Positions 54,367-63,220 of a stretch of DNA of 64,000 nt are shown piece by piece. The first letter of the stretch is position 1. The number at the start of each line of letters is the position of its first letter. The notes under the pieces are model-generated. The model worked only from the letters and a program-made list of their open reading frames with translations. It was not told the DNA's origin and searched no databases. This DNA is from an uncultured Acidobacteriota bacterium (GTDB lineage Bacteria > Acidobacteriota > Thermoanaerobaculia > UBA5066), in assembly GCA_963779415.1 (NCBI GenBank), contig CAVZYA010000001.1, forward strand, positions 516,519 to 580,518. Direction: 5' to 3'. The position numbers were made by a program, and so were the translations under genes.

Positions 54367-54813
54367 ATGACCGATTTCCCTGACCACGACTGGCTCTGCC
54401 GGAGAATCGTCGAAGACTCCCCGGTGGCGATTCTTTTTGCCGACCGGGAAGGAACGATCCGCCTCTGGAACGCGGGGGCCGAGGCGATGTTCGGCTACCT
54501 GGCAGACGAGGCGCTCGGCCAGTCGATGGACCTGATCATCCCAGAGCGCCAGAGGCCCCGGCACTGGGAAGGCTGGAAGAAGGTGATGGCGACCGGAGTC
54601 ACGCGGTACGGCCGCGAGGTGCTGGCGGTTCCGGCCATGCGAAAGGACGGCTCGCGAATCTCCATCGAGTTCAATATCCTCCTGCTGCGGACGGGCGACG
54701 GCGGGATCCCGGGCGCGGCCGCCCTGATTCAGGACGTGACGGCCCGGTGGCAGCGAGAGAAAGAGATGAAGGCGCGCCTCGCGGCCCTCGAAGCCGGGGC
54801 GCGGGAGGGCTGA
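54367..54813 (+). CDS. Stand-alone PAS domain protein
   Basis: 148 aa: IVEDSPVAILFADREGTIRLWNAGAEAMFGY..EALGQSMDLIIPE..RKDGSRISIEF. Confidence 0.85.
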   Translation: MTDFPDHDWLCRRIVEDSPVAILFADREGTIRLWNAGAEAMFGYLADEALGQSMDLIIPERQRPRHWEGWKKVMATGVTRYGREVLAVPAMRKDGSRISIEFNILLLRTGDGGIPGAAALIQDVTARWQREKEMKARLAALEAGAREG

Positions 54814-54814
54814 G

Positions 54815-55552
54815 ATGGATTTTCGGCGGGTGAACGATCTGAAGGCGCCGGACGGCCATGACATTCCGGCCTTTCTTCTCGCGCCAGCCTCGCCGCGCGG
54901 CGGCGCCGTCGTCTGTCACGGCTACGGGGGGTCGAAGGAGCAGATGCTCGGAATCGCGACGAGCATCGCCGAGAAGGGCGCCGCCGCGCTCGCGATCGAC
55001 CTCTGCGGACACGGCGAGAACAGGGCGCCGATCGGCCCGGCCATGCGCGAAGAGCTGGAGGCGGCCGTCGCCTTCGCCCGGCGGTTCGGCCGGACGGGCG
55101 CCATCGGCCACAGCCTGGGGGGAAGGCTGGCGCTCATGTCGTCGGCGGACGTCATGGTGGCGATGTCGCCGTCCGTCATGGTGCAAATGTCTCCCCAAGG
55201 GAAGTGGATGTTCGAGAACCTCCCGAGCCCCGGCGTCCGCGAGCCCTATTCCGGCTACGTCCTCGAGCTGCTGGAGAAGCTGGGACCGGTTCCGCCGCAC
55301 GGGCGCCCCTGCCTTCTCCTCTACTCCGAAAGGGACATCCAGGGGCTTCTGGACGGCGCGGCGGGCCTCCTCTCCCAGCTCTCCGGTGCCGAGAAGCAGC
55401 TCGTCACCCAGGACATCCGTCCCGACGTGCAGCACGAGAGCGGCCTGGTCCGGTACCTGCCGCGCTGGTTCAACCACATCGAGCTCAAGTCCAACGCTTC
55501 GGCTTCCGCCACGGCGGGCTCCTGGCTCGCCGGTCGCCTCGCCGGAGCCTGA
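54815..55552 (+). CDS. Alpha/beta hydrolase (dienelactone-hydrolase-like)
   Basis: VVCHGYGGSKEQM, the nucleophile elbow GHSLGG, and a late His (..DVQHES..). Confidence 0.8.
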   Translation: MDFRRVNDLKAPDGHDIPAFLLAPASPRGGAVVCHGYGGSKEQMLGIATSIAEKGAAALAIDLCGHGENRAPIGPAMREELEAAVAFARRFGRTGAIGHSLGGRLALMSSADVMVAMSPSVMVQMSPQGKWMFENLPSPGVREPYSGYVLELLEKLGPVPPHGRPCLLLYSERDIQGLLDGAAGLLSQLSGAEKQLVTQDIRPDVQHESGLVRYLPRWFNHIELKSNASASATAGSWLAGRLAGA

Positions 55553-55574
55553 GGGGCTCGGAAAGGTGCACGGA

Positions 55575-56351
55575 ATGACGTACGAGAACCTCACCTTCGA
55601 AACGGAGGGCCCGATCGCCGTCGTGACGCTCAATCGCCCGACCCGGCGAAACGCCCTTTCGCTGGGGCTCATGCGGGAGCTTCTCGACTGTCTGACGGAG
55701 ATCGGCCGAGACCGGCAGCTCCGCACCGTGATCCTCGCCGCCGCCGGGAAGGTCTACAGCTCGGGACACGATCTCTCCGAGCTGGTCGGGAGGGACCTCA
55801 ACGCCTACCGGGAGATCTTCGACGTCTGCGCCGACCTGATGACGAGGATCCAGGCGATTCCGCAGCCCGTCATCGCGGAAGTCCAGGGAGTCGCCACCGC
55901 GGCCGGCTGCCAGCTCGTGGCGACGTGCGACATCGCGGTGGCGGCCGAAGAGGCCTGGTTCGCCACGCCGGGCGTCAAGACCGGGCTATTCTGCACGACG
56001 CCGATGGTCGCGCTCTCCCGGGCGATCGGGCGCAAGCGCGCGCTCCAGATGCTCCTGACCGGAGATCCGGTCGACTCGAAGACGGCGGCCGAATGGGGAC
56101 TCGTCAACAGCGTCGTCCCCGCGGGGTCGCTCCGCGCCGAGACGCGGAAGCTCGCGGCGAAGATCGCCGAGGCGAGCCCCGTCACGGTCGCCATCGGAAA
56201 GCAGGCCTTTTACTCGCAGATCGACCTCGATCAGCCGAAAGCCTATGCCTACGCAAAGGAGATCATGGCGATGAACTCCCTAGCGATGGACGCCCAGGAG
56301 GGAATCTCAGCGTTCCTCGGAAAGAGGGCGGCCTCCTGGACGGGACGATAG
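55575..56351 (+). CDS. Enoyl-CoA hydratase/isomerase (crotonase) family protein
   Basis: From ORF 54858..56351; start at ATG 55575, or GTG 55566. Motifs IAVVTLNRPTRRNAL, YSSGHDLSE, VQGVATAAGCQLV and EGISAFLGKR. Confidence 0.9.
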   Translation: MTYENLTFETEGPIAVVTLNRPTRRNALSLGLMRELLDCLTEIGRDRQLRTVILAAAGKVYSSGHDLSELVGRDLNAYREIFDVCADLMTRIQAIPQPVIAEVQGVATAAGCQLVATCDIAVAAEEAWFATPGVKTGLFCTTPMVALSRAIGRKRALQMLLTGDPVDSKTAAEWGLVNSVVPAGSLRAETRKLAAKIAEASPVTVAIGKQAFYSQIDLDQPKAYAYAKEIMAMNSLAMDAQEGISAFLGKRAASWTGR

Positions 56352-56366
56352 AAAGGAGACACTTCG

Positions 56367-56672
56367 ATGGTCACGTTCGAGTACCGGTTCGACGTCCTCC
56401 CCGGAAAGCTGCGGGACTACGAGAGGCATACGAAGGGCGCCGGAAAGGACATCTGGCTGAGGTTCCGCGGAGTCAAGACCGTCCGGGTCTACAAGAGCAT
56501 GCTCGGCGGGTCGTCGCCGCAGCGCGTGGTCCAGGTCGACCTGGAGAGCCTCGCGGCGCTCGAGAAGATCCTGACCGACCCGGGCTTCCGGAAGGTCAAG
56601 GAGAACTTCCACAAGATCGTCACGAACGTCACGGACTCGCTTCTCGTCCAGGTGAGCGAAAAGAAGAAGTAG
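56367..56672 (+). CDS. Small hypothetical protein (possibly a dimeric alpha+beta barrel)
   Basis: 101 aa, with GAAAGGAGA upstream. No family recognised with confidence. Confidence 0.55.
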   Translation: MVTFEYRFDVLPGKLRDYERHTKGAGKDIWLRFRGVKTVRVYKSMLGGSSPQRVVQVDLESLAALEKILTDPGFRKVKENFHKIVTNVTDSLLVQVSEKKK

Positions 56673-56678
56673 CCGCGG

Positions 56679-57191
56679 TTACGGGCGCGGCTTCTTTCCC
56701 GTCGGGCGCGGGCGTCGCCTGACGCCCGCGCCCGACGAGAGCGCCCGGACGACGGCGCCCCAGTTGTCGAACCACGTTTCGAACGCGGCCCGGAGCTGGG
56801 ATCGTCCCTGCTCGTCGGCCGCGGCGCGCAGGGCCTCCACCACCGCGGCCGTGGACGGGCGAAGGCGGCGTTCGCCCTTCCGGGTCAGCGCCACGTGGAC
56901 GAAACGGCGATCCGTCGCGGAGCGCGTCGTGCGAACCAGACCGGCCCGCTCCATCCGCCGGACGAGGGCGGAGGTCGTGTTCATCGTGCCGAACGTCTGG
57001 CGCGCCAGATCGCCGATCGTCAGAGGGACCCCCGAGGGGTTGCCGGCCAGCGTCAGGAGGACGAACTGCTGGGCGGAGGTGAGTCCGCCGTCGGTCGGTT
57101 CGGTCGTGATCGTCCGGCGAACCGACTCGAAGAACCGCCTCAGGTGGGCCATCGAGCGGTAGATTTCCGCGAGGCGCCGCTGCGTGGTCAT
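56679..57191 (-). CDS. MarR family transcriptional regulator
   Basis: LTSAQQFVLLTLAGNP..LTIGDLARQTFGTMNTTSALVRRMERAGLVRTTRSATDRRFVHVALTRKG (winged HTH). Confidence 0.9.
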   Translation of the reverse strand: MTTQRRLAEIYRSMAHLRRFFESVRRTITTEPTDGGLTSAQQFVLLTLAGNPSGVPLTIGDLARQTFGTMNTTSALVRRMERAGLVRTTRSATDRRFVHVALTRKGERRLRPSTAAVVEALRAAADEQGRSQLRAAFETWFDNWGAVVRALSSGAGVRRRPRPTGKKPRP

Positions 57192-57231
57192 TACGCGCGA
57201 TTATAGGGAGGAGGGACCGGGCGATTCCGCT

Positions 57232-57262
57232 TGACTCGGGGCGGCACCGGACACCTAAAATC
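57232..57262 (+). promoter_or_regulatory. Possible sigma-70-type promoter for the U32 operon
   Basis: TTGACT (57232-57237), a 19-nt spacer, then TAAAAT (57257-57262). The spacer is longer than optimal. Confidence 0.25.
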
Positions 57263-57352
57263 ATTCCACGTGACGAACAGTCGACGACACGTACTATTCG
57301 GCCCACAGCCCGACACGGGACTCCTCGCCGGAGAGGAATCCCCTTTCGTGTC

Positions 57353-58264
57353 GTGATGGCTCTCCCCGCTCTTCTCGCGCCCGCCGGAAGTCCCGCGGCC
57401 GTCCGCGCGGCGCTCGACGCGGGGGCCGACGCCGTCTACGTCGGCCTCAAGGGCTGGAGCCGGGGGGGCTCCCGAGGCGAGCTCGACTGGGACGAGCTGG
57501 TCTCCTCCCGGAGCGAGGCCGCCGCGGCGGGGCGGAGCCTTCAGGTGGCGCTCAACATCATCCCCAAGGCCCCGGAGCGCGCCCGGCTCTTCGAGCGAAT
57601 CCCCGCGCTCCTCGATCTGGGGATTCGAGAAGTCATCGTCAACGACATCGGGATTCTCGCCACGCTGCGCCGCGACTTTCCGGACCTTCTCCTGACGGCC
57701 AGCATCGGCTGCGGGGCACGGACGGCCGCGGACGTCGCGTTCTTCCGGGATCTGGGCGCCGACGCCGTCGTCCTGCCGGGGACGTTGAGCCCCGCGGAGA
57801 TGAACGAGATCCGGAGCGTCCGGGGGATCTCGATCGAGATCATGATCCACATGGTCGAGGAGTTCGTCCTCCTCGGAAAGTGCTGGATGCCGAGCTACGT
57901 GAGCCTGAAGCCGTCGCGGCTTCCGGACGCCGGGGGGCTTCGGCAGACCGGAAGCATGAAGCGAGGGGGCGTCGGGGCCTGCTTCCGGGTCTGTCAGGAG
58001 CCATGGGAGCTCTACGCCTGCGGGCGGCACCTCGAGACGCGCTTCCTTCCGGGACGACAGATCAGCCGGATTTCCGAGGTCCAGACCTTCGCGGACGCGG
58101 GCGTGGACGTCCTGAAGCTCCAGGGGCGGAGTCTTCCCCCGGAGCTTCTCGCGCCTCTCGTCCGGAGCTACCGGGAGGCGATCGACGCCCGGGACGTTCC
58201 GGCCACGGATGAAGAGATCGCTTCGCCGGCCCTGCCGGCGGCCTGGACGGTGGTCGGACGATGA
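57353..58264 (+). CDS. Peptidase U32 family protein (paralogue 1)
   Basis: LLAPAGSPAAVRAALDAGADAVYVGLKGWSRGG.., ..IEIMIHMVEEFVLLGKCWM.. and ..GACFRVCQEPW. Start at GTG 57353, or ATG 57356. Confidence 0.85.
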   Translation: MMALPALLAPAGSPAAVRAALDAGADAVYVGLKGWSRGGSRGELDWDELVSSRSEAAAAGRSLQVALNIIPKAPERARLFERIPALLDLGIREVIVNDIGILATLRRDFPDLLLTASIGCGARTAADVAFFRDLGADAVVLPGTLSPAEMNEIRSVRGISIEIMIHMVEEFVLLGKCWMPSYVSLKPSRLPDAGGLRQTGSMKRGGVGACFRVCQEPWELYACGRHLETRFLPGRQISRISEVQTFADAGVDVLKLQGRSLPPELLAPLVRSYREAIDARDVPATDEEIASPALPAAWTVVGR

Positions 58265-59244
58265 CGGCGACTGGCAAATCAGGAGGAGCATTGAGCTCGT
58301 TCGAGCTGAACACGACGATCGCGAACCTCCGGGACCTCCGTGAGTCGGACCTGACCGACTACGACGGGATCTACCTGGGCGACATCTACTGCCGGCTCTA
58401 CGAAGCGAACTTCCTCGAGCAGCTCGGAGACCTCAGGGAAGGGCTCCGCATCCTGCGGGATCAGGGGAAGCGCGCCTACGTGACGACCTACGCCGGGCCA
58501 CGCAACGACTTCCTTCCCAAGGTGATGAGGATGCTGGAAGCCGCCGCCGCGGCGGGAGCCGAGGCGGTCGAGATCCACAACATGGGGATCCTGCGGATGG
58601 CTCACGAGTCGTTCCCGGGGCTCCCGTTGCACGTCGGCGGCTTCGCGAACGTCTACACCGCCGCGGGCGCCGAGGTCCTGCGCGGTCTCGGGGCCGTGCG
58701 GTTTACGCCCAACTACGAGCTGAGCCTGGACGAGATCCGGGAGATGACGGACGCCGGCGCCGCTCCCATGGAGCTCCTCGTGCACGGGAAGATGCCTCTC
58801 GGGATCTCGGACTACTGCTTCCTCCTGGAATACGAGGAGAAGTGGGGCATCAAGTGTCCCGACCTCTGCCAGAAGGAGCTGTTCCTCAAGCAGGGCGAGT
58901 GGGCCATGAAGTCGCTCGGGAAGGGGATCCTGAGCGGCAAGGACGTCTGCATGCTGGAGCACCTGCCGCGTCTCCTCTCCGAGGGCCACCGGCACTTCCG
59001 GATCGAGGCCATTTCGGAGAGCCCTGCGTACCGGCGCGAGGTCGCGGCGGTCTACCGCGCGGCGCTCCAGGGGGCCGCCGGCGGCGAGGGCGAGGTCGAC
59101 GAAGCCTGGTGGGAGACGTTGCGGCGCCATGCGAGGATCGGTCTATGCAACGGGTTCTATTTCGGCAAGAGCGGAATGGACTATTCGGGAATCCGGCCGG
59201 GGGCGATGGGGTCCCTTCCGACGATCTCCCGTCTGGAATCCTAG
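58261..59244 (+). CDS. Peptidase U32 family protein (divergent paralogue 2)
   Basis: ATGA overlap with paralogue 1. Motifs ..DGIYLGDIYC.., ..MELLVHGKMPLGISDYCFL..KCPDLCQ.. and ..LSEGHRHFRIE. Confidence 0.75.
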   Translation: MTATGKSGGALSSFELNTTIANLRDLRESDLTDYDGIYLGDIYCRLYEANFLEQLGDLREGLRILRDQGKRAYVTTYAGPRNDFLPKVMRMLEAAAAAGAEAVEIHNMGILRMAHESFPGLPLHVGGFANVYTAAGAEVLRGLGAVRFTPNYELSLDEIREMTDAGAAPMELLVHGKMPLGISDYCFLLEYEEKWGIKCPDLCQKELFLKQGEWAMKSLGKGILSGKDVCMLEHLPRLLSEGHRHFRIEAISESPAYRREVAAVYRAALQGAAGGEGEVDEAWWETLRRHARIGLCNGFYFGKSGMDYSGIRPGAMGSLPTISRLES

Positions 59245-59267
59245 AAAGGGTCGAGGAGGGCGGAGTC

Positions 59268-60236
59268 ATGGTCGAGCTTCTGGCGCCGGCAGGCAATCTT
59301 CCGATGGTCGAGGCCGCCCTGGCGGGCGGCGCGAACGCGATCTACGTCGGCGCCCGCGGGTGGAGTCGGCGGCGCGACCGTTACGAGCTGGCGGACGACG
59401 AGGTGAAGGCCGCGATCGGCATCGCCCACGGGGGCGGCGCGAAGCTGCGGGTGGCCATCAACACCAACATGCAGTCCCACGAGATTCCGCCCCTGCTCCG
59501 GAAGATGGAGCGCTTCGTCGCCTGGGGGGTGGACGGAGCGATCATGACCGACATCGGCGCGATCGCGGAGGTTCACCGGAACTTCCCCGACCTCACCCTC
59601 CACGCCAGCATCGGGGCCAACATCCTCAACGACGAGGACGTCCGCTTCTATCGTTCGCTCGGCGTTTCCCAGGTCGTGGCGGACACGAAGCTGACGCTCA
59701 CGGAGCTGGCGTCCCGGAAGGGGCGGATCGACGTCGGAATCGAGATCCTGATCCACGCCAACAAGTGCTACACCTACCTCGGAAAATGCTGGATGTCCCC
59801 CTATCACCGGCTGGAGCGGACGACGGACCCCTTCGGAAAGGACATGTTCAAGGGAAGTCCCAACCGCGGCGGCCTCGACTACCGTGTCTGTCTGGAATCG
59901 TGGGACCTTTTCCACGGTGACGAGCCGTGGGAAAAGGGCGTGGCCTTGAAGAACGACGCCTTCTTCCTCCTGGAAGACATCCCCCACCTGATCCACCTCG
60001 GCGTCCATTGCCTGAAGGTGCAGGGGCGGGAGTATCCGGTCCCCCTCGTGGAGCGAATCGTCCGGTTCTACCGGGATCTGATCGACGCGTGTCTGGCTTC
60101 CCCGAAGGGCGAGCCCTTCGACTGTTCGCCATGGCACTCCCGCCTCGAGGCCATTCAGTCGGGACGCGACGCGGCCCGAGAGGAGGGAACCCGCCTCCTC
60201 CTGATCGAGGCCCGGCAACCGGTGCCGGCGCCCTGA
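59268..60236 (+). CDS. Peptidase U32 family protein (paralogue 3)
   Basis: From ORF 58842..60236; ATG 59268 follows GAGGAGGG. Motifs MVELLAPAGNLPMVEAALAGGANAIYVGARGWSRR.., ..IEILIHANKCYTYLGKCWM.. and ..HCLKVQGRE. Confidence 0.85.
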   Translation: MVELLAPAGNLPMVEAALAGGANAIYVGARGWSRRRDRYELADDEVKAAIGIAHGGGAKLRVAINTNMQSHEIPPLLRKMERFVAWGVDGAIMTDIGAIAEVHRNFPDLTLHASIGANILNDEDVRFYRSLGVSQVVADTKLTLTELASRKGRIDVGIEILIHANKCYTYLGKCWMSPYHRLERTTDPFGKDMFKGSPNRGGLDYRVCLESWDLFHGDEPWEKGVALKNDAFFLLEDIPHLIHLGVHCLKVQGREYPVPLVERIVRFYRDLIDACLASPKGEPFDCSPWHSRLEAIQSGRDAAREEGTRLLLIEARQPVPAP

Positions 60237-60243
60237 CACGGGT

Positions 60244-61440
60244 TTGAGCCGCTCCCGGCGTTCCGTATCGGGCGCGATCCTGGCGCTCGGCCTTCTCTCG
60301 GCGCACTGCTCCCGGGATAAGGGGAAAGGGATCGAGATTCGGGTCGGAGAGATCGACTCGTTGAGCGGCGCCCTGGCAGCCCAGGGGACGGCGGTTCATG
60401 AAGGGGTCGTCTTCGCCGTTTCCGAGGTCAACGCACGGGGAGGCCTTCGGGGCCGTCCCGTGATCCTGCTGACCCGCGACGACAGCGGCCAGCCGGACGC
60501 CGCCACGAACGCGGCCCACGACCTCGCCGTCCGCGAGAGCGTGAGCGCGCTGGTCGGGGGTTACGTCGACTCGATCGTCGGCCCGGCGGCCCAGGTCGCC
60601 GAGAGGGAGCGCGTTCCGTATGTCGCGGCCTCCTCCCTGGATCAGCGTCTCACGCAGCGCGGAAACGCCTGGTTCTTCAGGATCAGCCGCCTGGAGCCGT
60701 TCGTTCAGGCCACGACCGCCGTCCCGCTCGAAATCCTCCCCGCACGAAACGTCGCGATCCTCTATTCGTCGACGCCGGGGGCCACCCAGCTCGCCAGGCT
60801 CCAGAAGGAGCGGCTCGAGGCCCGGGGCGTGATCGTTTCTTCGTTCGACAGCTTCCAGACGGGGACCCCCGACTTCATCCCGCTTCTCACCCGCGGGAAG
60901 TCGGCCGGGGCGACCCTCCTCCTCATGGACGGCTTCTTCGCCGACAACCTCGTCCTCCTGCGGCAGCTCCACGGATCGTCCGGGCCCGTCCTGCCCGTCG
61001 TCGGCGCGTTCGGCATGGAGTTCCCCGCCCTCATCAGGCAGCTCGGCCCTCTCGGCGAGGGCGCGATCGGAGCGATCGTCTGGGAGCCCGGGATGTCGCT
61101 CTCGGGGGACGTGGAAGGGAGCCGCGCGTACGAGACCGGCTTCGAGAGGCAGTTCGGCCACCCCCCGGCGCCGCTCAGCATGTATGGCTACACGGCGATG
61201 CGGGCGGTCCTGGCCGCGCTGGAGCAGTCCGTCGCGGTCGGCACGACGCCGGAACGGGAAGCCGTCCGGGACGCGCTTCGAAAGACAGATCTCCTCCTCC
61301 CTTTGGAGCGCCTGAAATTCGACGAGCACGGAGATCCGCTCTTCTACCAGGTCGGCATTTTCCAGATCCAGGAGGGGCGGCACGTGCTCCTCTATCCGCG
61401 CGAGAGAGCCACCGGGGAGCCCGTCCGGCCGAAGTCCTGA
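60244..61440 (+). CDS. ABC transporter substrate-binding lipoprotein (LivK/branched-chain amino acid type)
   Basis: TTG start. Lipobox-like LGLLSAHC, then IRVGEIDSLSGALAAQGTAVHEGVVFAVSEVNARGGLRGRPV (type I PBP). Confidence 0.85.
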   Translation: MSRSRRSVSGAILALGLLSAHCSRDKGKGIEIRVGEIDSLSGALAAQGTAVHEGVVFAVSEVNARGGLRGRPVILLTRDDSGQPDAATNAAHDLAVRESVSALVGGYVDSIVGPAAQVAERERVPYVAASSLDQRLTQRGNAWFFRISRLEPFVQATTAVPLEILPARNVAILYSSTPGATQLARLQKERLEARGVIVSSFDSFQTGTPDFIPLLTRGKSAGATLLLMDGFFADNLVLLRQLHGSSGPVLPVVGAFGMEFPALIRQLGPLGEGAIGAIVWEPGMSLSGDVEGSRAYETGFERQFGHPPAPLSMYGYTAMRAVLAALEQSVAVGTTPEREAVRDALRKTDLLLPLERLKFDEHGDPLFYQVGIFQIQEGRHVLLYPRERATGEPVRPKS

Positions 61441-61456
61441 GACCGGAGGCGGGACC

Positions 61457-62581
61457 TCAGGTCCAGTACTGGCGGGCGAGGTCGAGCAGCCGCTCGGCCA
61501 CCTGCCGGTTGCGGTGCGAAACCTCGTAGCGGTTCGGGACGTCCGGACGCGCCGTCAGGGGATCGTGAAGGCTCTCCGGCAGCGTCTCGCCGACGGCCCC
61601 CTGCCATCTTTCCCTCCAGGGCTCCGGAACCCCGGACACGATCGGAAGATCGTGCAGCAGGAGATAGAGGATGGCCCAGATCCGCGGGGCCGCTCCGAAC
61701 GAGTAGCCGCCCCCCAGCGTGAAGAGAACCCTCCCCGAGGCAAACAGCTCCGCCCACTCGAGGATCTGCCGGAAGAGAGCTTCGTAGTCCCGCGTCGTCA
61801 GCATCAGATCGGCGAGCGGATCGTCGAAATGCGCGTCGGCCCCGGCCTGGACGACGAGGACGTCGGGCCGGAAGTGCCGGAGCGCCGGCGGGAGCACCTG
61901 TTCGAAGACCTCGCGATAGCTCTCGCCCGCGGTGAACGGCTGGAGGGGCACGTTGAGCTTCAGGCCGCGGCCCGCGCCGGCGCCGAGTTCCCGGATCTCG
62001 CCGCTTCCCGGAAAGAGAAACTGCCCCGACTCGTGAAGGCTGAGGGTCATCACGCCCGGGTCTTCGTAGAGGATCTCCTGGACGCCGTTTCCGTGATGGA
62101 CGTCGATGTCGATGTATGCGGTCCGGAGGCCCCTCCGGGTGAACAGGTCGATGGCGACCGCGAGATCGTTGTAAATGCAGAAGCCCGAAGCGGAGCTTCG
62201 CCCCGCGTGATGGAGTCCCCCACCCAGCTGAAGGACCCGCTTTGCATTCCCTTCCGCGATGAGACGGGCCCCGAGCAGGGTCCCGCCCACGTGCAACCGG
62301 GCGGCCTCGTCCATGCCGGGGAAGGCGGGCGTGTCCTGGGTACCGAGCCCGTACACCGCCGCGTCGGGAACCGTTCCGCCCGCGCTCAGCTCCTCCACGC
62401 GCTGCACGTAGGCGTCGGCGTGGACGGCGAGAAGGTCCTCTCTCGTGGCGGGCTCCGGCTCGACCGACTCCACGGAATGGCCGAGCGCAGAGACGAGATC
62501 GAGAGTCATCTCGACACGGAGCGGGCTGAACGGATGCTTTTCGCCGAAAGAGTATTTCCGGTAGGCCGGGGCGAAGATCAC
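61457..62581 (-). CDS. Histone deacetylase family protein (AcuC-like)
   Basis: ORF 61457..62986 trimmed to GTG 62581 (GTGA overlap with the upstream stop). Motifs GGGLHHAG, YIDIDVHHGNGVQ, VQAGADAHFDDP and LGGGYS. Confidence 0.88.
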   Translation of the reverse strand: MIFAPAYRKYSFGEKHPFSPLRVEMTLDLVSALGHSVESVEPEPATREDLLAVHADAYVQRVEELSAGGTVPDAAVYGLGTQDTPAFPGMDEAARLHVGGTLLGARLIAEGNAKRVLQLGGGLHHAGRSSASGFCIYNDLAVAIDLFTRRGLRTAYIDIDVHHGNGVQEILYEDPGVMTLSLHESGQFLFPGSGEIRELGAGAGRGLKLNVPLQPFTAGESYREVFEQVLPPALRHFRPDVLVVQAGADAHFDDPLADLMLTTRDYEALFRQILEWAELFASGRVLFTLGGGYSFGAAPRIWAILYLLLHDLPIVSGVPEPWRERWQGAVGETLPESLHDPLTARPDVPNRYEVSHRNRQVAERLLDLARQYWT

Positions 62582-63207
62582 CGCGGGCACGGCTTCTCCG
62601 GGGGCCAGAGGACCTGGAAGCCGCCTTTCCGCAGGTCCTGCGCCAGATAGGCGGTCTCCATCGAACCGATCCGCAGCACGGTGCGAATGGCACTCGGCCC
62701 CTCCGGATAGGAGAGGATCGAATGGATGTTCAGCTTCCGTTCGCTGAGGAAGCCGGCGAGGCGTGCCAGCTCGCCGGGCTGATCCGGAAGGCGCACGTCG
62801 AGGCGGCCCGACGGCTTGTCGACGCCCGTCATCCGGATGAGGGCGTCGAGCAGATCGAGGCCGGTCACGATCCCGATCAGGCGCCCGTCGTCCAGGACGG
62901 GAAGGCAGCCGATCTTCCGCTCGCGCATGACGCGCGCGGCGTCCTCGATCGGATCCGAGGGATCCGCCGTCAGCGGGCGGGAACACATGACGCCGGAGAC
63001 CCGGCTGCCGGGGGAGAACGGGTTCGGCACGAGGACGCTCGTCGCCAGCCTCAGATCGCGGTCCGTGATGACGCCGACGAGCCTTCCTTCGTCCAGGACG
63101 GGCAGATGCCGGATTCCCTTCTCCCGCATCGTTCGGTATGCGTCTTCAAGGGTGGTGTCCGCGGAGACGGTCACGGCCGGACTCCGCATGATGTCCCGTA
63201 CCAACAT
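62578..63207 (-). CDS. CBS-pair + ACT domain protein (AcuB-like)
   Basis: MLVRDIMRSPAVTVSADT..IRHLPVLDEGRLVGVITDRDL; a second CBS ..IGCLPVLDDGRLIGIVTGLDL; and an ACT-like tail. Confidence 0.85.
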   Translation of the reverse strand: MLVRDIMRSPAVTVSADTTLEDAYRTMREKGIRHLPVLDEGRLVGVITDRDLRLATSVLVPNPFSPGSRVSGVMCSRPLTADPSDPIEDAARVMRERKIGCLPVLDDGRLIGIVTGLDLLDALIRMTGVDKPSGRLDVRLPDQPGELARLAGFLSERKLNIHSILSYPEGPSAIRTVLRIGSMETAYLAQDLRKGGFQVLWPPEKPCPR

Positions 63208-63220
63208 GGGTGCGCCCTCC

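Noticed and set aside
51078-54383. A 1101-aa ORF.
   Set aside because: Its first 157 codons are antisense to the amidohydrolase gene, so the real start is ATG 51549. Its last ~290 codons are out of frame relative to the ATP-grasp domain, which is read in ORF 53410..54354.
62582-62986. A 135-codon N-terminal extension of the AcuC-like ORF (track ORF 61457..62986).
   Set aside because: The extension overlaps the CBS/ACT gene out of frame and translates to Arg/Pro-rich sequence. The HDAC homology begins at VIFAPAYRKYSFG, right at GTG 62581 (GTGA coupling).
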